Positions 56,545 through 64,000 of a stretch of DNA of 64,000 nucleotides are shown here, piece after piece. The stretch comes from Candidatus Onthoplasma sp. (lineage in GTDB: Bacteria; Bacillota; Clostridia; Christensenellales; UBA1242). The stretch lies in the NCBI GenBank assembly GCA_045126575.1, contig JBGVOQ010000023.1, positions 17,382 to 81,381 of the forward strand, given 5' to 3'. Positions within the stretch are counted from its first letter, which is position 1, and every line of letters begins with the position of its first letter. Both the position numbers and the translations under genes were made by a program. Below the pieces are notes generated by a model, which saw only the letters and a program-made list of their open reading frames with translations, made no database searches and was not told the origin of the DNA.

Positions 56545-58824
56545 TTAATAATTGTAATCGTTATATTCCCTATCCTTACGTTTTTTTGATTTTTTCTTGT
56601 AAAAGTCAGGCTTTTTGTTAGAATGTTTAGTTTGTTTTTGTGTAGCAGACGACTTTTTGCCACGTACCATTTTTTCCTTATTAGATTTATCCTTTTGGCG
56701 GGCAATTTCTTCCAAACTTGATGGCTTAACCCTATCCGCTAATTCAAATTCGATACGTCTAGTGTGAGTATTTGCCGCCACCACCATAACTTGAACTTTA
56801 TCGCCAAGGCTATAACTGTGTTTACTTCCGCTTAGTTGAACTGCACGTGGGTCATAATCGTAGTTATCGATAGGTAGATTTTCAAACTTAATCATACCCT
56901 CAATGGTATTATCCAGTTCTACAAACACGCCAAATTCTTGAACACCTGAAATAACACCTTCGTATATCTCTCCAAGATATTGCTTCATATACAATGCTTT
57001 TTTGTAATCGTCAACTTCACGTTCTACTTCATCAGCACGTTTTTCGGTAAGGCTTGATTGCTCACTAGCCTTAGCCACAATTTCCTCAAAGTGAATACGG
57101 CTATCACGCGCCTTTTGACCATTTAATGCAGCCTTAATAATACGGTGAATCATAAGGTCTGGATAGCGCCTAATAGGTGAAGTAAAGTGGCAATAGAATG
57201 TGCTTGCAATACCAAAGTGACCTAAGCATTCTGGAGCGTAGCGCGCCTTCATCATTGTACGTAAAATAATCTTATTGATTGTATCTTTACGAGGGTCGTC
57301 ACCCAAATCGTCCAATATTTTTTGGAAGTCGCCCGGTTTGATATCCTTAGTATTAATTGATACATTTACGTGTAATGCTTTTAGCATATCTATTAGTTTT
57401 TCAACACGTTCAACTTCTGGCTTTTCGTGCACACGGTATACAAATGGATACTTTTTGCTGAAATATGTTTTAGCAATCACTTCGTTAGCAAGTATCATCA
57501 AACTTTCAATTAATTGATGACTTTCATCAATTGGCATTTTTTCAATCTTAGCAATAGAGCCATCTTCATTTTCGGTAATCACAGGTTCTGGAATATCAAA
57601 GCGGATTTCGCCACGGTCATAACGTTGTTGTTTTAATGTTTTGGATATAGTTACATAGTCCATAATATCTTGAGCCACATCACTATATTCTTCCAACAAC
57701 TCTTGGTCGCCCTCTATCATCTTTTGAACCTTTGTATATGTCATACGATGCTTACTAATAATCACGCCTTCACTTACACGACTGTTGAGCACCTTGCAAT
57801 TTTTATCAAGGTCGATAATTACACTTAAGGTTAATCTTTTCACACCTTCACGCAATGAGCATATACCATTAGACAGTTGTTCTGGAAGCATTGGAATTAC
57901 AAGGTCTGGGAAGTACACACTTGTTCCTCTTACATATGCCTCTTCATCAATAGCCGAACCTTCCTTAACATAATGAGTAACGTCGGCAATATGCACACCC
58001 AAACGATAGCCACCTTTTTCAATACGCTCTACCGAAATCGCATCGTCAAAGTCACGTGAATCTTCGCCATCAATGGTTATTGTGCGTAGGTCTGTAAAGT
58101 CTTCACGGCCTTGCAAATCCTTTGGTGTTACATTTTGCTTAATTTTAGCGGCTTCCTTAAGAGTTGATTCCTCAAATTTATCCTTAATCTTGTAACTACG
58201 AATAATTGCCAATTGTTCCGCTGCCACAGTTCCCGCCTTGCCCAACACTTCGGTAATCACACCATGCATTGAAAGGTTTTGGTCATCAAAAACTATCTTT
58301 GCTACCACTTTATCGCCATTATTGGCTCCCATAAGGTCTGGCTTAAATATTTTAACATTAGGAAATTTGTCATCATCACTATCTACCACTATACCATTTT
58401 TGCTAACATTAAGTGTACCAACAACATATTCCGTGTTGCGCTTAATAATATGAACAATTTCACCTTCTGGATTATAGTTATCAACATTTTGCACAATCTT
58501 AACCCAAACAACGTCACCATTAATTGCATTTAATGTAGCATGGCGTGGCACGAAAATATCTGCTAGACCGCTGTCATCTAAACGCTCTGAAAAAACAAAT
58601 CCTTTTTGATTGCCTCTAACCACACATTTCACATAACCACGCAAGGTTGGTACATAAATTTGCTGATTGGCATTTAGCAACAAATCGCCTTCCTGCAATA
58701 ATTCCTTAATCATCAACTTAGCGGTTTTGCGGTCCTTTAATGTAATCAAAGCCAATTCCTTACTAAGTTCTTCCATACTAAGATAAACAAGTTTATTATC
58801 CACAATTGTTTTTAAAATGTTCAT
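56545..58824 (-). CDS. rnr: Ribonuclease R
   Basis: I prefer the start MNILKT (GGGGAAG RBS). The RNB domain includes TIDGEDSRDFDDA, and there is a C-terminal S1 domain (GVISGVQEFGVFVEL) and a Lys-rich tail. Confidence 0.9.
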   Translation of the reverse strand: MNILKTIVDNKLVYLSMEELSKELALITLKDRKTAKLMIKELLQEGDLLLNANQQIYVPTLRGYVKCVVRGNQKGFVFSERLDDSGLADIFVPRHATLNAINGDVVWVKIVQNVDNYNPEGEIVHIIKRNTEYVVGTLNVSKNGIVVDSDDDKFPNVKIFKPDLMGANNGDKVVAKIVFDDQNLSMHGVITEVLGKAGTVAAEQLAIIRSYKIKDKFEESTLKEAAKIKQNVTPKDLQGREDFTDLRTITIDGEDSRDFDDAISVERIEKGGYRLGVHIADVTHYVKEGSAIDEEAYVRGTSVYFPDLVIPMLPEQLSNGICSLREGVKRLTLSVIIDLDKNCKVLNSRVSEGVIISKHRMTYTKVQKMIEGDQELLEEYSDVAQDIMDYVTISKTLKQQRYDRGEIRFDIPEPVITENEDGSIAKIEKMPIDESHQLIESLMILANEVIAKTYFSKKYPFVYRVHEKPEVERVEKLIDMLKALHVNVSINTKDIKPGDFQKILDDLGDDPRKDTINKIILRTMMKARYAPECLGHFGIASTFYCHFTSPIRRYPDLMIHRIIKAALNGQKARDSRIHFEEIVAKASEQSSLTEKRADEVEREVDDYKKALYMKQYLGEIYEGVISGVQEFGVFVELDNTIEGMIKFENLPIDNYDYDPRAVQLSGSKHSYSLGDKVQVMVVAANTHTRRIEFELADRVKPSSLEEIARQKDKSNKEKMVRGKKSSATQKQTKHSNKKPDFYKKKSKKRKDREYNDYNY

Positions 58825-58970
58825 AACTTCCCCTATATTTAAAGTACAACACTTAGTTTGCACTACTTTCTTACTTTATTATATCACATTTAGAAAAAAA
58901 TTGTAAAATGTTTTAGTAAATATATTAAATAAACAAAAAACCGCTACTTGATGTAACGGTTTTAGTTTTA

Positions 58971-59279
58971 CTAAATAAATTCGCCATTATAGATATTGAA
59001 TGTAACAAAGAATAAGATTGATAACACAACGATTAATCCAACGCAGATATAAATTAAACGTGTGATTCTGCCTTCACGTGAGCCGCCCTTATTTTGAGAA
59101 TAGTAACTATCAGTATTACCTGTTACAACATTGGTGCTGTTGCCACCTTGGCCAATTTGCATAAATACTAGCACAATAGCCGCCACAGCAAGCACTGCCA
59201 AAAGCACTAAAATAACATATCTAACAACTGGGATTACCTTTGAAACCCATTTAGCCACTAATAATGTATTATTGTTCAT
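58971..59279 (-). CDS. secG: Preprotein translocase subunit SecG (probable)
   Basis: Two TM segments flank the Gly-rich loop FMQIGQGGNST. Its position upstream of rnr-smpB-ssrA is the conserved Firmicute one. Confidence 0.6.
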   Translation of the reverse strand: MNNNTLLVAKWVSKVIPVVRYVILVLLAVLAVAAIVLVFMQIGQGGNSTNVVTGNTDSYYSQNKGGSREGRITRLIYICVGLIVVLSILFFVTFNIYNGEFI

Positions 59280-59362
59280 AATTCCTCCAAAGCCAATTTT
59301 TACTTAAGTGATTATATCACATATCTATATTTTTTACAAGTGTTTTACTAAAATTTTCAATA

Positions 59363-59587
59363 TTAGTTACGGATTCTCACCAACACAACAAATAGAACTA
59401 TCATTAGTATACATGTAAGTAGATAACTGATTTTGTTAACCCTTGCGGCCTCTTTTTTGTTAGCCTTTAGAAACAATCCTAGGAAATAAAATCCCAACAC
59501 CGCCAAAATTGATGCCAAAATTATAAAATAGGTACCTTTTAAATCCCTAACAAACATTGTTACGTAATTTGTAATTCTATCCCACAT
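59363..59587 (-). CDS. Small two-TM membrane protein, unknown function
   Basis: 74-aa ORF with two hydrophobic helices. It is intergenic otherwise. Confidence 0.45.
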   Translation of the reverse strand: MWDRITNYVTMFVRDLKGTYFIILASILAVLGFYFLGLFLKANKKEAARVNKISYLLTCILMIVLFVVLVRIRN

Positions 59588-59608
59588 AAGAATCTCCCTT
59601 GTAAAACA

Positions 59609-61090
59609 TTATTTAATTAGCACTTTACCCTCAAACTTATTATTATCTGGTAATCCCATCATCTTAATAAATGTTGGCGCAATGCTTTCCAATCCACTAG
59701 ATTGTATCATATTATACCTAGTTTTGTCAATAGCCATACAAATAACTGGGTTCAAACTGTGTGCAGTTTGTACATTACCATTAACATCACGCATTTCCTC
59801 AGCATTGCCATGGTCTGCTGTAAGTAACACAAAATAATCATTTTTAAGTGCCGTTTCTACAATATCCTTAACACAACCGTCAAGATATTCAAGTGCTGTA
59901 ACAGTCGCATCATAATTTCCTGTATGGCCAATCATATCCGGGTTTGAGAAATTTACGATAATAGCATCATGCTTATTATTGTTCAAAGCATCTACAGTGC
60001 TTTTAGCAATTTCGCCAGCACGCATTTTAGGAGTTAGCGCAAAGTCATTAGTCTTTTCTGTTTCAATATGAATACGGTCTTCACCATCAAAAGGTTGTTC
60101 ACGACCACCGTTTAGGAAATAGGTTACATGCGCATACTTGGTACTTTCGCTAATCTTTAATTGCTTTAGTCCACATGTTGATAAATACTCGCTTAATGTT
60201 CCTGTAATGTCCTCATCGTTATAAATATGCTCAACATTATCTGCCTTATAAAAATCACAAAATGTGATTATGTCCATAATTTTCATATCACTTAACATTT
60301 TTACAGGTTGCTTCATTCTATCTGCACGGAAATTATAGAATATAAACAAATCGTTATTGTTAAAAGAATATCTTGCATTTGTTTTGATACGCTTTGGTTC
60401 GATAAATTCATCAGTAATTCCTGCGCCGTGGCTTGCCTTTATACAATCCATAGCGGAGTTACAATCATATTCAAGTCTTTTCATCGCCTCAACATACTTA
60501 GCAGTTCTATCTAAATTGTTTTCGCGATCCATTATATAAAATCTTCCACCAACAGTCGCAATTTCGCCTAATCCAATTTGTTTTGTTGCACTTTCAAATT
60601 TGGCTAAATATTCAACACTTGATTTTTGCGCACAATCACGACCATCGGTAAATGCATGGAAGAATACTCGTTCGATACCAAAAATTTTAGCCATTTTGAT
60701 TAATGCAAACGCGTGATTTAAGTCGCTATGGATTTGCTTATCCGAAAACAACCCACCAATGTGCAATGCACCACCAGTTTGTTTTAGTTTGGATAATTTT
60801 TCCACAAAAATATTATGTTTAAAAAACTCACCACTTTCAATTTCATCATCAATCTTAACAGTTGTAGTTTTAATAACTCTGCCAGCACCTATTGTAGTGT
60901 GCCCAACCTCAGAGCCACCCATAGCACCATCTGGTAAACCTACACTGCGACCATGCGTATAGATTAAACAATTCGGGTAATTACTACGCAAATAATCTAG
61001 GTATGGGGTATTTGCATTTGTAACCGCGTTAAATTCCCCCTTAGGCGCTTCACCATATCCATCTAAAATTAATAATAAACCCTTTTTCAT
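59609..61090 (-). CDS. gpmI: 2,3-bisphosphoglycerate-independent phosphoglycerate mutase
   Basis: The start MKKGLLLILDGYG has a GGAGG RBS. Motifs include the Ser nucleophile in GGSEVGHTTIGAGR, NFSNPDMIGHTG and TADHGNAE. Confidence 0.9.
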   Translation of the reverse strand: MKKGLLLILDGYGEAPKGEFNAVTNANTPYLDYLRSNYPNCLIYTHGRSVGLPDGAMGGSEVGHTTIGAGRVIKTTTVKIDDEIESGEFFKHNIFVEKLSKLKQTGGALHIGGLFSDKQIHSDLNHAFALIKMAKIFGIERVFFHAFTDGRDCAQKSSVEYLAKFESATKQIGLGEIATVGGRFYIMDRENNLDRTAKYVEAMKRLEYDCNSAMDCIKASHGAGITDEFIEPKRIKTNARYSFNNNDLFIFYNFRADRMKQPVKMLSDMKIMDIITFCDFYKADNVEHIYNDEDITGTLSEYLSTCGLKQLKISESTKYAHVTYFLNGGREQPFDGEDRIHIETEKTNDFALTPKMRAGEIAKSTVDALNNNKHDAIIVNFSNPDMIGHTGNYDATVTALEYLDGCVKDIVETALKNDYFVLLTADHGNAEEMRDVNGNVQTAHSLNPVICMAIDKTRYNMIQSSGLESIAPTFIKMMGLPDNNKFEGKVLIK

Positions 61091-61260
61091 AAATCCTCCA
61101 ATTAAAAAAGTGGAATTAACCACTTTTATTTTTTATTAAAATAATTTGTTAAAAATGCCGCAAAACACTTATTTATAGTATTTTTTTACTATTTTTATAA
61201 TCTTTTTACTTTTTTAATTATTTAAAATTATTTTTTTAATTAATTATTAAATATTAATTA

Positions 61261-62445
61261 TTATTTTTTATCTTCAATAATTTCAACACATGGCAATGCT
61301 TTACCTTGAAGTAAATTTAAACTTGCGCCACCGCCTGTTGAAATATGTGTAATTCTATTTTCAAGTCCAAGGTCCTGAACGCTAGCAACCGTATCGCCAC
61401 CACCAATTACACTAACAGCCTTGCTTTTTGCAATATATTTTGCAATCTTGCGTGTACCACGTCTAAACTTAGGGAATTCGTATACACCCATTGGTCCATT
61501 CCAAACAATTGTTTTGGCGTCTTTAATTATATGCCTAAAACACTTGGTTGTATGAGGTCCAATATCCATACCTTGAAAATCCTTTGCAAAGAATCCGCTA
61601 TTAAAGCATTTACGCTTAGCATTAGCCGAAAAGTCATCAGCACCATAATTGTCACATGGTAGCACAATCTTAACACCCTTTTCCTTAGCCTTGTCCAAGG
61701 TTTGCTTTGCAATATCTAAACTCTTGTTATCAATCAAAGATTTACCTGTTTCGCCACCAATTGCCTTTACAAATGTATATGACATTCCACCACCAATCAA
61801 AATAGCGTCAACCTTATCTAACAAGTTTTCGATAACTGGAAGTTTGTCAGTAACCTTAGCGCCACCTAGCACAGCAACAAATGGGTGCTCTGGTTGGGTT
61901 AGCACCCTATCAAACATTTTAAGTTCTTTTTCTACCAAAAATCCAACTGCATTAGGCAAAAGTTTGGCAACCGCATAAGTAGAGGCATGCTTACGGTGTG
62001 CTGTTGCAAAAGCATCAAACACGTACACGTCTGCAAGGCTTGCAAGTAATTTTGCAAAGTCAGCATCATTTTCTTCCTCTTCCTTATAGAATCTAATATT
62101 TTCAAGCAGTGCAATTTCACCATTTCCTAGTTTGTCCAATGCCTTTGTGCATTCCTCGTCCTTAACGTCCTCGATAAACATAATTGGCTTTTGCAATAAT
62201 TTGCTTAATCTTGCTTCCACTGGGCGTAGTGACATTTTAGGATTTGCATTGCCATCAGGACGACCTAAATGCGAACACAAAATAACTTTAGCATTGTGCG
62301 ACACCAAATATTCAATGGTTGGCAACGCTTCAATAATTCTGTTGTCATCAACTATTTTTAAATCTGTACTTAATGGAACGTTAAAGTCTACACGAAGCAA
62401 AACTCTTTTTCCATTTACATCAATATCATTTAAGGTTTTTTTCAT
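61261..62445 (-). CDS. pgk: Phosphoglycerate kinase
   Basis: RVDFNVP, SHLGRP, the FATAHR variant (DAFATAHRKH), and GGGDT near the C-terminus. Confidence 0.95.
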   Translation of the reverse strand: MKKTLNDIDVNGKRVLLRVDFNVPLSTDLKIVDDNRIIEALPTIEYLVSHNAKVILCSHLGRPDGNANPKMSLRPVEARLSKLLQKPIMFIEDVKDEECTKALDKLGNGEIALLENIRFYKEEEENDADFAKLLASLADVYVFDAFATAHRKHASTYAVAKLLPNAVGFLVEKELKMFDRVLTQPEHPFVAVLGGAKVTDKLPVIENLLDKVDAILIGGGMSYTFVKAIGGETGKSLIDNKSLDIAKQTLDKAKEKGVKIVLPCDNYGADDFSANAKRKCFNSGFFAKDFQGMDIGPHTTKCFRHIIKDAKTIVWNGPMGVYEFPKFRRGTRKIAKYIAKSKAVSVIGGGDTVASVQDLGLENRITHISTGGGASLNLLQGKALPCVEIIEDKK

Positions 62446-62492
62446 AAAAAATCTCCCTCAATTAAATTTTGTGTAGAATCATGTTTAGTACA

Positions 62493-63026
62493 TTATATCA
62501 TGTTTTTAAAAAAACACAAAATGAATTTACAACATTTACTAAATTTTTTATAAAATTTACCACCCTTAAATAATGTTACAGCCTTTTTGTCACACAAAAA
62601 ATAATTACAAACCTTACTTTGGTTAATTTTAGGATTTTTTATATCGTCCAACATTGTGATTGTTGCAAAAGCCTTTGATGAATAATACACTTTGGCTCCA
62701 ACCAAAATATAATAGTTTTTGACCTTTACATAAATATCACTATTCCGCTCAAATATTTTTATTTTCCCATTGTTGCACACTATAAAACATTTACATTTTT
62801 TACCATTATCAATCTTTACTCCGTAAACCAGAACTGGACAATTAAGCAAACTATTTAAATGTAACAATTCTTTGCTAACTGGACCGTTAAAATCACTTTC
62901 CGCAGTAATATCGAAATCATAAAAAATATTTTGATTAAACACAATAATATCAGGGTTACCAATCTTGGGCAAATAGTTTAAATAAAACGCCTTGTACGAA
63001 CCACCCACAACAAATACAAATTCCAT
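62493..63026 (-). CDS. Hypothetical protein (177 aa)
   Basis: ORF only. No recognisable motif. Confidence 0.4.
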   Translation of the reverse strand: MEFVFVVGGSYKAFYLNYLPKIGNPDIIVFNQNIFYDFDITAESDFNGPVSKELLHLNSLLNCPVLVYGVKIDNGKKCKCFIVCNNGKIKIFERNSDIYVKVKNYYILVGAKVYYSSKAFATITMLDDIKNPKINQSKVCNYFLCDKKAVTLFKGGKFYKKFSKCCKFILCFFKNMI

Positions 63027-63073
63027 ATCTCATAATATGTTTTTGTAAACCCCATTGCCACCTATACGGCATT

Positions 63074-63102
63074 AAAAAACAGGGATTAATATCCCTGCTG
63101 TT
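63074..63102 (-). terminator. Rho-independent terminator after the transporter gene
   Basis: Stem CAGGGAT (63080-63086) pairs with ATCCCTG (63091-63097), and a T-run follows on the minus strand. Confidence 0.45.
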
Positions 63103-63106
63103 TGTT

Positions 63107-64000
63107 TTATATTAAAAAATGTAATCCGTATCCAACCAACAAACTTGGTATAATAAGTAGTGATAGAATAAATACAACTTCCTTAATATTTTTATCCTGT
63201 TTAAATAGCACCATTAATCCTAGCCCTGCATTAACGCACAAACCTGCCAATATTGCACCAAAACTTAGCCCACCAAGCAAATACAATTCGGTTATAACTA
63301 CAGATGATGCGCAGTTTGGAATTAATCCGATAAGCACCGCAAGTAACGGTTGAAGATAACTGCTTTTTACCAACAACTCGGTTAACCTATCTTCGCCTAC
63401 AAAATGAATAATAAATCCAAAAATTATATTAATAATTAATATAAACAATAGTATTTTTAAGCAATGCAGTAATGGATGCTTGAAATCAAACTTAGAATTT
63501 TCAATTGTGTGATTACAGCAACCAATATGTTTGTCAGACTTTGCAATAAGTTTGGATTGCGCATGTTTTCCGCCCTCAAATTCGTCATGGTGACCATGCT
63601 CGTTGTGATTGTGGTCATGTTCTTCGTGGTGATGACCATCATGATCGTGGTCATGTTCTTCATGATTGTGGTCACTATGTTCGCTTTCAATATGTTGGTA
63701 GCCATTATTAGCGGTTTCCATATACATTTTTTTAGTCTTAAATATTCTTGGATACAGCCACATAGCCAAATATCCTATCACAATACCTAAAACAATTTTA
63801 CCTACAATCAAGCCTAGTAGCGGAGCCCACTTGTCGCCATGTGATAACATTATTGGCAACGCCTCATCACTAGTAGCAACATACACGGCAAGCAATGCAC
63901 CAATGGACACAAATCCTTTAGTAAATAGGTCGGTAGAAACTACCGAAAATCCACATTGTGGCAAACTTCCAAATAATGAGCCAAACACAGGGCTAGATTT
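63107..64000 (-). CDS. Putative metal transporter (ArsP_2 / putative 10-TM heavy-metal exporter-like), N-terminus probably beyond the window
   Basis: The duplicated half-motifs LPQCGFSV and IPNCASSV lie in membrane segments. The central cytoplasmic His/Asp/Glu-rich loop reads HSDHNHEEHDHDHDGHHHEEHDHNHNEHGHHDE. The frame stays open from the GTG at 63988 to position 64000. Confidence 0.6.
   Translation of the reverse strand, partial: KSSPVFGSLFGSLPQCGFSVVSTDLFTKGFVSIGALLAVYVATSDEALPIMLSHGDKWAPLLGLIVGKIVLGIVIGYLAMWLYPRIFKTKKMYMETANNGYQHIESEHSDHNHEEHDHDHDGHHHEEHDHNHNEHGHHDEFEGGKHAQSKLIAKSDKHIGCCNHTIENSKFDFKHPLLHCLKILLFILIINIIFGFIIHFVGEDRLTELLVKSSYLQPLLAVLIGLIPNCASSVVITELYLLGGLSFGAILAGLCVNAGLGLMVLFKQDKNIKEVVFILSLLIIPSLLVGYGLHFLI

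Noticed and set aside
56051-62476. Embedded or antisense ORFs within smpB, rnr, gpmI and pgk (e.g. 56051-56326, 56493-56705, 58279-58533, 61649-61978, 62132-62476)
   Set aside because: They are alternative frames or opposite strands of confidently identified conserved genes.
1-64000. CRISPR arrays, retron/DGR reverse transcriptases, rRNA genes
   Set aside because: I found no regularly spaced direct-repeat array, no RT-like ORF and no rRNA-like GC-rich block. The AT-rich stretches at 9960-10290, 15165-15329, 22392-22576 and 61124-61260 are low-complexity intergenic DNA without periodic repeats.

Overview
This is low-GC (about 30%) DNA read in the standard genetic code. It looks like an anaerobic, spore-forming Firmicute, based on yabP-yabQ-divIC, rubrerythrin and the secG-rnr-smpB-ssrA synteny. 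Core genes: gltX, secA, tdk, a P-type Ca2+ ATPase, initiator tRNA-fMet, cls, rnr, smpB, tmRNA, secG, gpmI and pgk. Three things stand out. (1) A single >=3315-aa GLUG-repeat surface protein gene fills 1-9946 on the minus strand. It is missing from the ORF track because it runs off the window edge. (2) A roughly 10.5 kb cell-envelope glycopolymer locus lies at 26.6-37.1 kb. It holds four GT2 transferases, a FemAB-like transferase, a PRTase, a methyltransferase, paired alpha/beta hydrolases, paired P-loop kinases (one fused to an HPr-kinase-like domain) and a histidine phosphatase. (3) Accessory, mobile-looking DNA spans 37.1-55.4 kb. It contains a toxin-like/Zn-ribbon/DUF4417/HNH operon and a Rho homolog with destroyed ATPase motifs. 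It also contains a five-gene ADP-ribosylglycohydrolase/transglutaminase-like operon. Next to it is a rolling-circle Rep plus large serine recombinase module with a CTTGATA-bearing hairpin, iteron-like repeats and nested inverted repeats. A CAP12/PycTIR-type TIR-like protein lies directly downstream of the tmRNA 3' end. A sequence matching the tmRNA 3' end/terminator junction recurs about 10 kb away. This suggests an ssrA-targeted composite island. All function calls rest on motif recognition by eye; no database search was run.
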